Positions 19,797 to 29,517 of a DNA stretch of 64,000 nt are shown piece by piece; positions within the stretch are counted from its first letter, which is position 1, and every line of letters begins with the position of its first letter. The translations under genes were made by a program, and so were the position numbers. This stretch comes from Deltaproteobacteria bacterium (GTDB taxonomy: Bacteria; Myxococcota_A; UBA9160; SMWR01). The notes under the pieces are model-generated. The model ran no database searches. It saw only the letters and a list, made by a program, of their open reading frames with translations, and was not told the origin of the DNA. The stretch lies in NCBI GenBank assembly GCA_032128375.1, contig JAQBGU010000188.1:32001-96000 (forward strand), read 5' to 3'.

Positions 19797-20315
19797 ATGT
19801 CCGATCACGCGCTTCGGCCCCTGGCGAGTCGGCCAGACCCGGCGGGATATTTTCTGACGGCGGGAGAAGGCACTGGACTCCTGCCATACAGCCACGCAAC
19901 CCAACAACTCGAGCGCGCTCGGAACTACTGGCTTGCCACAGCGGGACTCGACGGCCGACCCCATTGCATGCCAGTCTGGGGCATCTGGATCGATGAGCGA
20001 TTCGTCTTCAGCACAGGCCCCGTCACGAAAAAGGCTCGAAACCTCGCAGAGAATCCAGCTGCAGTGCTCCACCTCGAAAGCGGCGCCCAGGTAGTCGTGC
20101 TGGAGTGCTCAGCCCGGGAAGTGACCGAGCCGCATGCGCTCGAGGCGTTTCGAATCGCATACAACACGAAGTACGCATGGGATTTCACACCAGAGCAGCT
20201 GTCGGGAGGGGGCGTGTTCGAACTACGACCGACAAAGGCGTTCGCATGGTGTGGCGACCACGACGAAGAGTTCTCCGGAACCGCTACACGCTGGACGTTC
20301 CCCGACCCTGAATAA
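19797..20315 (+). CDS. Pyridoxamine 5'-phosphate oxidase-like (split-barrel flavin/F420-binding) protein
   Basis: GGAGG RBS; NYWLAT...DGRPHCMPVWG, KKARNLAENP. Confidence 0.85.
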   Translation: MSDHALRPLASRPDPAGYFLTAGEGTGLLPYSHATQQLERARNYWLATAGLDGRPHCMPVWGIWIDERFVFSTGPVTKKARNLAENPAAVLHLESGAQVVVLECSAREVTEPHALEAFRIAYNTKYAWDFTPEQLSGGGVFELRPTKAFAWCGDHDEEFSGTATRWTFPDPE

Positions 20316-20607
20316 CGACCAGACTCTGCCTCCATCGGGCGGACTCGAAGTGCGCCAAGCTGGATGCATCCGGTGCTTCCGAACCTTCCAGGCTTCTGGA
20401 TGATCAGCCAACTGGCAACCTGAGCGCAGGCCAGTTCCGCATCCAGCGGTTACTGTCTGCTATGTCTGCTGGTGAGGCCCAGCTGGCCGCTCGCCCCTCT
20501 TGTGAACCAAGGAGTCCCTATGACCTTGTGGCTCGATCCGTGGCGACTGCGGGTATTTCCGGGCACAGCGCTACTCGAACAACGCGGCGAATTCTGACCT
20601 GGAGCGA

Positions 20608-21138
20608 ATGAAGTTGGTTCCTACACCACTCGGCCAAGAGAATGCACTCATCGTCGTCGCAGAAATCGCGATCGCCCTTGCGGGCTTTTCCAGTATCGTG
20701 ATCGCGTTGCGTCGCGGCATGGACCAAGTCACATCGTTTGCGTTTATCCGGCTGTGGCGACTCATCGAGACGAGCCTCGCGACAGTGCTATTCGCACTCG
20801 TTCCGTTTGCGCTCCACTACCTCGGCGTCGGCGATTCTGTACTCTGGCCCGCAGCGAGCGCAGGCCTTTGTACCTATGTGGTGTGCGCACAGATCTACAT
20901 GTTCAATCGGTGGTGGGAACAATGGAAGTCCCCGGCGATCCCGTGGGCGTTCAACGGCCCGGTACTGGTGGTCCAATTTTCGGTCGTGGTCATGCTCGCG
21001 CTGAATGCGGCAGCAGTGGGGTTGAACGGCGACTTCGGACCCTATTTCGTCGCACTGCTTTGGTACTTGATGTTGTCCGCCTTGTATTTCGGACGCCTGC
21101 TGCTGCTTCGCCCGGCCTATGAGGATCTGCAGCCTTAG
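20608..21138 (+). CDS. Hypothetical integral membrane protein (~6 TM)
   Basis: GGAG RBS, AEIAIALAGFSSIV motif, hydrophobic helices. Confidence 0.7.
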   Translation: MKLVPTPLGQENALIVVAEIAIALAGFSSIVIALRRGMDQVTSFAFIRLWRLIETSLATVLFALVPFALHYLGVGDSVLWPAASAGLCTYVVCAQIYMFNRWWEQWKSPAIPWAFNGPVLVVQFSVVVMLALNAAAVGLNGDFGPYFVALLWYLMLSALYFGRLLLLRPAYEDLQP

Positions 21139-21201
21139 CTGACCCACGATGCTCGGAGCAGTCCGTACGCGCATCGCTGACCGCTCAGGTGTGAGATCAC
21201 A

Positions 21202-21823
21202 TTAGTCGGCCCCCGGGTGTCGGAGTCGGCGCATCCGCTCGATGACGGCGCTAGGGTCATAGTCGACTCTGTGATGAGTGATGAGTGATGAGTGACGAGT
21301 GACGCCTGATGATGGTGGCCGACCCTGATGAGATCGGCGCCGCAGTTCTCGACTACCTGGCGCAGTTCTTTTGGCTCGAACCTGCGTGCAGTCCCAGTCC
21401 ATCGTCCCGATCCGGCGCCGCGTGCACGCCGAGCAACGCGGTCCCATCGGGCAGTTTCGTCCGAAGCTCCAGCGGGAGCGCTTCTATTCTAGCCAATCGT
21501 TCCAGTTCGACCCGGCCAGGACACCCTGTGTCCACGCGAAGGTCCCTGCACACTCCACGAGCGCGCGAATCAGGCCTGGGTCTCGACTGACCTCGTCGAG
21601 GCTCGGAGGTGGGCGGTCGCAACCCGATCGGTGTTGGCACGCACCAGGCTGACGTTGGGAAGCGCGCTGAGCGTTTCCAGCACTTGCAATGGCGCTGGCC
21701 CGAGCGCCACGAGATCCCCCAAAACCCAATAAGTGTCGGCCCCCAGCGCCGGAGAATGTCTTCCAGTACCGCCTCGAGCTCTGCAATGTTGCCATGGATG
21801 TCCGAAAACCGTGCGATTCGCAA
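21202..21823 (-). pseudogene. Metallophosphoesterase (YfcE/PPP-like) pseudogene with multiple frameshifts and an internal deletion
   Basis: Motifs spread over three frames: SDIHGN, VLGDLV.LGP, VRANTDR, GVHAAP, ADLIRVGHHH, C-terminal HRVDYDPSAVIERMRRLRHPGAD*. Confidence 0.85.
21271..21305. repeat. Heptamer tandem repeat (GTGATGA)3(GTGACGA)(GTGACGC)
   Basis: Read directly from the sequence. Confidence 0.85.
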
Positions 21824-21899
21824 ACCTACTCTCCGGGCCCTGGCTTCGATCGGATGCAGTCTGACTCTGCCCTCGGCTTCGTAGCTGGCGTGCGCACAG

Positions 21900-22044
21900 G
21901 CGCAGAGCTCGGATCATTGGCTGATGCGGAGCTTCGTCGCTGAGTCTCAAACGGCGGGCTTCTGCGTTGTGCGGCGGACCGACGGGGACCCCGGTCTGCC
22001 CCAATCAGACACAACCGCTCGACGAACTCTTCTACGGAGATCAT
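21900..22044 (-). pseudogene. N-terminal gene remnant, family uncertain
   Basis: GGAGGG RBS and ATG 22044, MISVEEFVERLCLIGADRGPRR, then loss of protein-like character; 3' boundary approximate. Confidence 0.3.
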
Positions 22045-22335
22045 TTCAACCCTCCGATCGAACTGGACATGAGGCGATTCCGGAAAATTCGGGTTCGCGG
22101 TACCCACGACACCCCTGTTCAGTGCAACGCGAACCGAACTCCGGCGTCGAGATTCGCCGCGGAGCCGCGCCGATCGACTGCGATGAAGTCTGCCACATTT
22201 TCTAACCCGGGGGGGTGGGGGTCGGCACCGCAGATTCGATGTGATGTCCGTCTAACGCGAAGCCGACCGAATTTCGAAGCAACGTCGGGCAGCCAGCAAG
22301 ATACCGGTCCCGGGCCTGATACACTCGAATCTGTG

Positions 22336-22788
22336 ATGGCGATCCTCATAGACAAGATTGTGGAAGTCGACGCGCCGCAGGACCTGGTCTGGGACGTGAT
22401 CACTGACTTTCACCGCTACGGGGAGTGGAACCCATTCGTCGTGGCATGCGATTCCACGCTAAAAATCGGCGATCCGATCGAGATGCGTGTTCACGTGTTC
22501 AAGGCCTTTGCACAGCCGCAGCGGGAAATCATCTTCGAACACGAGCCGGGCAAACGCTTCTGCTACGGCGTAGCCGGGATGCCGTTTGGCGCGATGCGCA
22601 GCAACCGCTGCCACGAAGTGCGCGGTCTCGACTCGGGGCGCAGCGAGTATCGCTCGCATTTCGCGCTTTCTGGCTGGCTATCGCCCGTGGTTTCGATCCT
22701 ACTCGGTAGCCGACTTCGACGCGGATTCAACGCGATGGCCGAATCGATCCGAACCCGATCGGAACAGCTCGCGGGCAGAGCGCGCTGA
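22336..22788 (+). CDS. SRPBCC/polyketide cyclase family protein
   Basis: VDAPQDLVWDVITDF..YGEWNPF; C-terminal GFNAMAESI..RSE. Confidence 0.88.
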   Translation: MAILIDKIVEVDAPQDLVWDVITDFHRYGEWNPFVVACDSTLKIGDPIEMRVHVFKAFAQPQREIIFEHEPGKRFCYGVAGMPFGAMRSNRCHEVRGLDSGRSEYRSHFALSGWLSPVVSILLGSRLRRGFNAMAESIRTRSEQLAGRAR

Positions 22789-22922
22789 ACTCATAGCCGC
22801 GGGAGCAGTCGACCATCGAACCGTGTGTCAACGAAAATGAGAGCGTGGATTTCACATCAGATGCGAAAAATTTCCCATCGCGCCGAAAATCAGATCCCTG
22901 AACTATTGGCTTGGATCGAGAA

Positions 22923-24008
22923 ATGAAAGAAGGCTACGACGATATCAGCAACACGGTTGTGATTCGCGCCGCGAGGAGCGACGAAGCGAGTTTGCTCAGC
23001 GAAATCGCGCTTCGTTCGAAAGCGCATTGGGCGTACTCGGAAGAGTTCATGCGGTCGTGTCGCGAAGAACTCACAGTGAAAAAGGAATGCATCGACGACA
23101 ACCCAACGTTTGTCTGCGAGCGCGAGGGGGTCGTGGTTGGCTACTACACACTGGAGCCACGCTCGCGTTTCAGAGTCGAATTGGAGCATTTGTTCGTCGA
23201 GCCGACGTCGATCGGTCGTGGCTATGGACGCCGGCTCATCGACCACGCCGTCGGACAGGCCAGAGCGGGCGGCTACCGTGTGATAGAGACACAGGCCGAT
23301 CCAAATGCCGAACCCTTTTATCTATCCTGCGGCGCCGTTCGCGTCGGCACGAAACCTTCGCAGAGCATTCCCGACCGGGCGCTCCCACTGCTCGAACTCG
23401 ACTGCGAAATCGGCGACTTCCGACTCGCCCGTCCCCACATCGACTTTCGCGATTCGTTTCTGGAGATGGCGCACGAGTTCGAGTCCGAAGGCGACGCGCG
23501 CTATTCGCTCGGGCTGTCCGACTTAGAAACTTATTTGGTCAGCGCCCGGAAACGGGCAGCGGGTGCGAACCTGCCACCGGACCGAGTCCGAATGGACGAA
23601 TGGTGGCTGATCGATGGAACCCGTGTACTCGGCGGGGGCCGACTCCGCCACAGACTGACACCGGGTCTCGAACTCGACGGTGGCCACATCGGCTACGACG
23701 TTCGCCCGTCCGCGCGCTGCAGGGGGTACGGTCATCAGATCCTCGGTCTCCTGCTCGCGAAGGCGGCCGTGAACACGCTCGACCGCGTATTGATCACCTG
23801 CGAAACGACGAACAGAGCCTCGGCGCGGATCATCGAGGCCGCCGGGGGAAGCCCGATCGACAATGCAGTGTCACCGAACACCGGAAACGAGATGCTCCGA
23901 TTCTGGGTTTCCACGACCCATTTGGCAGATCAATCCGGTGAAACGACGAGGCTCTCGAAGTCGGCGAAGTCGGCGAAGTCCGCGAAGTGCGCAAAAGCCT
24001 TGTCCTGA
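22923..24008 (+). CDS. Tandem two-domain GNAT acetyltransferase
   Basis: Domain 1 RSKAHWAYS...HLFVEP..IGRGYG...ADPNAEPFY; domain 2 GGHIGYDVRPS.R.RGYG...N.ASARIIE..GG. Confidence 0.85.
   Translation: MKEGYDDISNTVVIRAARSDEASLLSEIALRSKAHWAYSEEFMRSCREELTVKKECIDDNPTFVCEREGVVVGYYTLEPRSRFRVELEHLFVEPTSIGRGYGRRLIDHAVGQARAGGYRVIETQADPNAEPFYLSCGAVRVGTKPSQSIPDRALPLLELDCEIGDFRLARPHIDFRDSFLEMAHEFESEGDARYSLGLSDLETYLVSARKRAAGANLPPDRVRMDEWWLIDGTRVLGGGRLRHRLTPGLELDGGHIGYDVRPSARCRGYGHQILGLLLAKAAVNTLDRVLITCETTNRASARIIEAAGGSPIDNAVSPNTGNEMLRFWVSTTHLADQSGETTRLSKSAKSAKSAKCAKALS
23956..23991. repeat. Nonamer tandem repeat CGAAGTCGG x4 (degenerate)
   Basis: Encodes the KSAKSAKSAKCA tail. Confidence 0.75.
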
Positions 24009-24056
24009 CTTCGGAGATTTCATGGGCGAGATCAACTGGCGGAATCGGACCCGGAA

Positions 24057-24590
24057 TCAGGCCGCGACGGTCGCGTCGAAGTAGGGGCGATCTCCGTCGA
24101 CCACACAGCGCCGGACTTCGCGTTCGCGGCTCCCCGATGGCGCGGTGCACGGTGGATCGCTCGTCCCAGATTGCGAGATCGCCCGGCTTCCAGCTCCAAC
24201 GACAATGGAAGCGCGGCTGCTCGATGTGTTCTCGCACCATCCGAAGAATGGCGTCACTCTCGTGGGACTCGAGCCCAACGATGTGACGCATGAAGCCGCC
24301 GCCGAAGAAGATCGCTCGCTTGCCGGTTTCGCCACCTTGGGCGGCTGCGGGGTCGAGGTGACGTCCGTGTGCCAATTGTCGGCCGACGGCGGGCTGTCGG
24401 GTCCATCTTGAATTACCTGGAACGAGCCCTGGGTCGACCCCAATAGCTTCATCAGCGGAGCACACTGATGTCTCCCCAACGTTCCGCGAGCGCGATGTGC
24501 TGCTCATCCGACAGCTTGGTTTCGCGAAAGAACAGCACCTGGTGTTCGAGCAGTGCAGTGTGGATCTGCTCGAAGAGTTCCCCTTCGTTT
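24057..24590 (-). pseudogene. TauD/TfdA dioxygenase pseudogene with N-truncation, internal deletion and frameshifts
   Basis: Fragments IHTALLEHQVLFFR...QHIALA.RWG / ADNWHTDVT...PPKVA / ETGKRAIF...RFHCRWSWKPGDLAIWDERSTVH / RRCVVDGDRPY in different frames. Confidence 0.88.
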
Positions 24591-24693
24591 GGATTCTAAC
24601 ACGAAGCGCATCGCGCAGCGCACGCGAGCGCCGCCCGGTGCCGGTGAAAGGAGGCAACAGTGACAGTCCCGCCCTATGTTCTTCCCTGACCCG

Positions 24694-25020
24694 ATGCCTA
24701 CGATTCATTTTGCCGGACAGACAGTCGAGTGCCCCGAAGGCGCGAACCTCCGCTTCGTACTGTTGCGTGCGCGCCTGCCCCTCTACCACCGCGTCGCGCG
24801 TGCGGTCCACTGCCGAGGTCGAGGGACCTGCGGGACTTGCGCAGTGAAAATCGAGGGCGAGGTTTCGGAACCCACCAGCGCCGAACGGCTGCGCCTCTCT
24901 CTACCTCCCCACAACAGCGAATCGGGGCTGCGACTGGCCTGCCAGTGCAAGGTGCTGGGCGACCTGAAAGTCACGAAGTATCAGGGGTTGTTCGGCCAAC
25001 GGGACGAACCCATCGACTGA
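24694..25020 (+). CDS. 2Fe-2S ferredoxin
   Basis: CRGRGTCGTC...RLACQC. Confidence 0.92.
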   Translation: MPTIHFAGQTVECPEGANLRFVLLRARLPLYHRVARAVHCRGRGTCGTCAVKIEGEVSEPTSAERLRLSLPPHNSESGLRLACQCKVLGDLKVTKYQGLFGQRDEPID

Positions 25021-25108
25021 TCTCCCGGCGTTCGCGGTGTCTACTGCCGGATGAGCTCGATCCACTACCGGCTGACGCCTTTCGCCATGCCTCCGAGATG
25101 TACGCCGT

Positions 25109-25549
25109 TCAGCGGTCCGGATTCCATTCTCCAGTCGGCGGCGGCGGCCGGCCGTCGAACTCGGGAAGTTCATCGCTGGTTTCAAACCAGTCGGCCTTCT
25201 GTGCAACGAACGCGTGTCGAAACGGACGCGTACCGGGGTCGTCATCGAGGATGCCAGCCCTCAGGACCGAAAACGGCGTATCGCCGAGTCGGGCCGGCAG
25301 TGGCGCACCGCAAGTCCGACAGAACGCTACTTGATAAGCCGGAGGCTCGGATAGGATCGGCGCCTCGTATCGCGAAATGAGTTCCTCCCCTCGAACCCAG
25401 TGGAGCTGGTCTGTATACACCAACATTTCCGGAGAAAATGCCGCACCGCTGGCTTTTCGGCAGCGCAACGCGTGACAGTACTGAATCGGGGTGACCTCCC
25501 CTTCGATCTCGAACGCGACACTTCCACACAAACAGCTGCCTCGAACCAT
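25109..25549 (-). CDS. GFA/CENP-V family zinc protein
   Basis: GSCLCGSV, YCHALRCRK, FCRTCG; GGAGG RBS before ATG 25549. Confidence 0.9.
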   Translation of the reverse strand: MVRGSCLCGSVAFEIEGEVTPIQYCHALRCRKASGAAFSPEMLVYTDQLHWVRGEELISRYEAPILSEPPAYQVAFCRTCGAPLPARLGDTPFSVLRAGILDDDPGTRPFRHAFVAQKADWFETSDELPEFDGRPPPPTGEWNPDR

Positions 25550-25629
25550 CGGATCCCTCCAGGTCCTTCGAGTGGCCAATTCGGTCATACTATCGGAAAC
25601 CTCTTGCTTACGTACGAGCGCTGTGATCG

Positions 25630-25989
25630 CCCTTTTTTCTATTCGAACACATGCAACCACCGGGCGCAGAGTACCAAGGCGAGCCGACAGACATCGAGAT
25701 CAGCCCGAGCCACCCCGCAGGCTGGCTCCACCACTTCGCGTTTTGGACCGAGGGCAACGATGCCCTGCTCGAACGGCTCACCCGGGACGGGCACAATTTC
25801 GAAGTCGTGCAGCGCTACGGCACCGACCATTCGGTTCTTTCGACCCACGCGATTCCCGGCACGATGATCCAGCTGATGCATGCGACAGACGCCTACGCCG
25901 GGTTGTTCGAGATGATCCGTTCAGCCAGCACGGCCTGGGATGGCGCAAATTCGATCCGCAGTTTGGGTGGCCGCAGTTCGGGTGAATAG
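25630..25989 (+). pseudogene. VOC/glyoxalase-family remnant (N-truncated, apparent internal deletion)
   Basis: PFFLFEH...YQGEPTDIEIS joined to GWLHHFAFWT...GTMIQL...LFEMIRSASTAWDG. Confidence 0.6.
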
Positions 25990-26043
25990 CCGGATGACCA
26001 CAGGTCGGGTCGCGTAGGCCGCGCCCCCGGCTATCCTCCGGCT

Positions 26044-27324
26044 ATGTCGAATTCCGAACAATTCCCAGCCATCCGCACCGAGATCGGCGGCGTATCGATC
26101 CATCGGCTCGCCGCCGAGTTTGGAACGCCCACCTTCGTTTACGATGCCGCACGAATCCATACGCAGATCGACGCGCTGCAGGCCTTCGACGTCATTCGCT
26201 ATGCGCAAAAGGCAAGTTCGAACCTGACGATATTGGACCTGTGCCGAAAGCGCGGCGTGCTCGTCGATGCGGTCAGTGAATTCGAGATCCGTCGGGCGCT
26301 CGCGGCGGGGTATCCGGTGGCGGCGCAAGACGGCGGCCCGCCTCCGATCGTCTATACCGCGGACATCTTCGACCAGGCAGTTCTCGATCTGGTTGTTGCA
26401 CAAGGTGTGCATGTCAACTGCGGGTCCGCCCAGATGATCGATCAACTCGGCACACGCAGCCCTGGGGTTGGGATCACACTCCGCATCAATCCGGGTTTCG
26501 GTCACGGCCACAGCCAGAAGACCAATACGGGTGGTGAATCTTCTAAGCACGGAATCTGGTACGAGGATGTCCCTGACTGCGTCGAACGTGCTGCCCGATA
26601 CGGCATCCGCATTGTCGGTCTGCATATGCACATCGGTTCGGGGACGGATTTCGAGCATCTGTCTCAGGTCTGCCACGCAATGGAAACCACCGCCGAGCAG
26701 GCAGGTGAACACCTCGAGAGCATCAGTGCCGGTGGCGGACTCCCGGTTCGTTACCGCGAAGATGATCCATCGATCGACGTTGACGCGTATTTCCATCTGT
26801 GGGACAAGACGCGCAAGCGCATCGGACGACTGCTCGGGCGTCCAATCGGTCTGGAGATTGAGCCAGGGCGCTACATCAGCGCGGAGTCGGGCTACCTGAT
26901 CAGCGAAATTCGCGCCGTCAAGCAGATGGGAAAGAACCTCTTCTACCTGGTGGACGCCGGTTTCAACAACCTCCCGCGCCCGATTCTGTACGGAGCCTAT
27001 CACCCGATCTCGATCGCTCCGGCCGACCCTGCGGCAGCGACCGTGCGCGACGAAGTCGACGCCGTGGTCGGTGGCCCGCTGTGCGAGTCAGGCGACATCT
27101 TCACGCAGGAGGACGGCGGTTTCGTGGCGACCCGCAAGCTTCCGCGCGCCGAAGTCGGGGAGCACCTGGTCATCGAATGCGCGGGTGCGTATGCGTTCGT
27201 GATGGGCTCGAACTACAACTCCAAACCACTGGCCGCCGAGGTTCTGATTCGCGATGGAGAGGCACACCTGATCCGAGAGCGGCAGAGCTTCGACGATCTG
27301 ATTCGTGGTGAGCGGATTCTGTAG
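26044..27324 (+). CDS. lysA: Diaminopimelate decarboxylase
   Basis: RYAQKASSN (PLP Lys), LRINPGFGHGHSQKTNTGG..SKHGIW, HMHIGSG, EPGRY, GPLCESGD, GAY..VMGSNYN. Confidence 0.97.
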   Translation: MSNSEQFPAIRTEIGGVSIHRLAAEFGTPTFVYDAARIHTQIDALQAFDVIRYAQKASSNLTILDLCRKRGVLVDAVSEFEIRRALAAGYPVAAQDGGPPPIVYTADIFDQAVLDLVVAQGVHVNCGSAQMIDQLGTRSPGVGITLRINPGFGHGHSQKTNTGGESSKHGIWYEDVPDCVERAARYGIRIVGLHMHIGSGTDFEHLSQVCHAMETTAEQAGEHLESISAGGGLPVRYREDDPSIDVDAYFHLWDKTRKRIGRLLGRPIGLEIEPGRYISAESGYLISEIRAVKQMGKNLFYLVDAGFNNLPRPILYGAYHPISIAPADPAAATVRDEVDAVVGGPLCESGDIFTQEDGGFVATRKLPRAEVGEHLVIECAGAYAFVMGSNYNSKPLAAEVLIRDGEAHLIRERQSFDDLIRGERIL

Positions 27325-27455
27325 TCATGCTGCGGTACCCGAGCAGGACCGAACCAGTCCAAAGCAGTCGGGCAACCGTGGGTTCTCATTCGCGCGCTTT
27401 TTGCACTCGCGGCTCTGGCCGGACGCCGCACTTTTGGGGGCGAACGAAGTGGCTG

Positions 27456-27821
27456 CTAGAACTTCCCCTTGCGGCCTTTCTTCGGAAGCCCATGAGTCAG
27501 CTCCAGAGCTTTGTCGACGACTGCCTTGGCCGCTGCGTGAATGTCCGAATAGCACTCGTCCTGCAACTGGTGTTTCGCTGTACTGAAGTCTCCGGCCTTG
27601 AATGACGTGATCGCACGAGGCCGCAGCGAGAACACATGCGCCATGTTGACAGCGAGCGATGAAACCTTCGTATCAGCGGACTTCGTTTCGACTTCGCGTG
27701 GCGGGGTCTTCTTCGAAGCAGCTTTCAGCTCGGCCTTCTTGGTCGCCTTTTGCGCTGTCTTCTTGGCCGTTTTCTTGGCCGTTTTCTTCCCGATCTTCGT
27801 CGCGGTCTTGTTGGCTGCCAT
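27456..27821 (-). CDS. Lys/Ala-rich, histone-H1-like N-terminus plus small globular domain
   Basis: KKTAKKTAKKTAQKATKK repeats and a basic C-tail. Confidence 0.75.
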   Translation of the reverse strand: MAANKTATKIGKKTAKKTAKKTAQKATKKAELKAASKKTPPREVETKSADTKVSSLAVNMAHVFSLRPRAITSFKAGDFSTAKHQLQDECYSDIHAAAKAVVDKALELTHGLPKKGRKGKF

Positions 27822-27882
27822 GCCGAGAAGAGTAGCGTGACGCGTTGTGAATTGCTGGACGCATGCGTGTAACTTCGCAGCG

Positions 27883-28278
27883 ATGAAGATCGCGCACGAA
27901 GTCGAATGGCAAGGAGGAATCGATGGTCGGCTGGTGGTCGGGGCCCCCAGGCATGAGACTCGATCCGCCAGTGAGTTTCTCGACTATGTGGAAGCCAGCG
28001 CTTCGGCCTTCGACACCGCCGAACTCGAACGCATCGGAAGCTGCGCCTACTTCGCCGCCGTTTGCGAGGTGCGCTCTACGACTGCCGGATTCGTACTGGC
28101 CGCCGCGGACCAGGTGATCAATCCTGCGACGTGGGTTTCGAGCGACGCGGCGCGCAATGCCGCGTTCCAAGCTGGAATCGCCAGGGTCCGCGACTACCTG
28201 ATCAGAATTCGCGCCGAACCCGGCGGAACACTGGCCGACGCGGCTCTGGGCTACATCAAGCTGCTTGCAGTTCCGTGA
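27883..28278 (+). CDS. Hypothetical protein
   Basis: Fills the intergenic space, protein-like composition. Confidence 0.55.
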   Translation: MKIAHEVEWQGGIDGRLVVGAPRHETRSASEFLDYVEASASAFDTAELERIGSCAYFAAVCEVRSTTAGFVLAAADQVINPATWVSSDAARNAAFQAGIARVRDYLIRIRAEPGGTLADAALGYIKLLAVP

Positions 28279-28473
28279 GAGCGTCTGGTGCACCCCGGTC
28301 GCCCAACACGGAACTGCGCACCGATCTCGATTCAGATTTATTCGGAGACCCGCTACCCATCGGGACAATCCGCGAGCCGACATCGATGGCACGTCCCTTT
28401 CTGGCATCAAGTCCGGCTGGAGGAGCCGCAATTGTGCCAGCGCCAAGCCGGTCGTTCGGGCTAGACTGGACCG

Positions 28474-28995
28474 ATGTCGACCGCGGTTCGCCTGGCACTC
28501 ATTTGTTCATTGGTCGTCCCGTGTGTGGCCTGTGACCAGGCCACGAAGGTCATCGCGACGCGCGTACTGGAAAGCGGCCCGATCGAGTTCTTCGGGGGGC
28601 TCGTGCAGTTCCGGCTGGTACACAATACGGGTGCGTTCTTGAGTCTCGGCGAGCACCTGCCAGAGAACGTTCGCGACCTGATATTTCAGGGTATTGTGCC
28701 GCTGTTGTTAGCCATCGCAGTGATTTTGCTGGCGCGCTCCATGGCGCCGACCCGCACGGCCATCGTCGGCGCGTCACTGATCTTGGGCGGCGGGCTCGGC
28801 AACTTCATCGATCGGACCATGCACGAAGGCGGCGTAGTCGACTTCGTCAGCATCGGGTTTTCTGGGCTTCACACCGGCGTGTTCAACCTCGCCGACGTTG
28901 CCATCGTCGCCGGCGTGTTGATGGTAATGTGGGAACAGCGCAAGATCCCAGATCAGGTCGAGACGACGACAACCCGCGGCCTGCTCCAAGACTAG
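28474..28995 (+). CDS. lspA: Signal peptidase II
   Basis: DQATK, HNTGAFLS, GGLGNFIDR, VVDF, FNLADVAI. Confidence 0.93.
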   Translation: MSTAVRLALICSLVVPCVACDQATKVIATRVLESGPIEFFGGLVQFRLVHNTGAFLSLGEHLPENVRDLIFQGIVPLLLAIAVILLARSMAPTRTAIVGASLILGGGLGNFIDRTMHEGGVVDFVSIGFSGLHTGVFNLADVAIVAGVLMVMWEQRKIPDQVETTTTRGLLQD

Positions 28996-29092
28996 CCGGC
29001 CAGCAGCCGGACCCAAGATGGGTCGGACGACGTGGAAGCTTTCGCCGCGCTGCGGCGAACGGTGCGACTAGCGACGCGGGCGTATTGACGCT

Positions 29093-29473
29093 CTATGAGG
29101 TCTCCGAGGCCGCCTCCGCAATCGATTTTTCGACGACGCCGATCATGCTTGCGGCCCGCGGGTAGCCGACGTACTGGACCAGGAAAATCAGCACCTCGCG
29201 GACCTGTTCGGGTGTCAATTCTCCGTTCTTGATCGCGGCCTTCGATTGGATCCCGAACGTCATCGACTCACCCAGCGCTGCGATCGCGCCCAGTAGCAGC
29301 AGGCGGCGATCGCGCATGCTGAGCACGTCACGCGTCCAGACCTCGGCGAACAACTGTTCGAGCATGATATCGGCGAAAGCCGACTTCCCGGGCAGCGGAA
29401 TCGGAACGTCGCCGGCATAGACTTCTTTGATTTTCTCCTCGCCGCGCTTGCGCCGCTCTGAAGCTTCGGACAT
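29093..29473 (-). CDS. Carboxymuconolactone decarboxylase family protein
   Basis: LFAEVWTR.VLSMRDRRLL, YVGYPRA. Confidence 0.9.
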   Translation of the reverse strand: MSEASERRKRGEEKIKEVYAGDVPIPLPGKSAFADIMLEQLFAEVWTRDVLSMRDRRLLLLGAIAALGESMTFGIQSKAAIKNGELTPEQVREVLIFLVQYVGYPRAASMIGVVEKSIAEAASETS

Positions 29474-29517
29474 CGTGGCTCTCCGTATGGGTCGTGTGCA
29501 GGGTTCACCGAATCCAA

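Noticed and set aside
21190..21201. CRP-like TGTGA-GA-TCACA
   Set aside because: Spacer is 2 rather than 6 nt, and it lies between convergent gene ends
21309..21590. Plus-strand ORF resembling an alpha/beta-hydrolase C-terminus (DPDEIGAAVLDYL)
   Set aside because: It is the antisense of the phosphoesterase segment ELRQVVENCGADLIRVGHHH
25921..27003. Long antisense/alternate-frame ORFs (also 16441-17772, 34374-35744, 41656-42927, 30037-31164)
   Set aside because: Shadow ORFs of well-supported genes, expected in GC-rich DNA; no motifs
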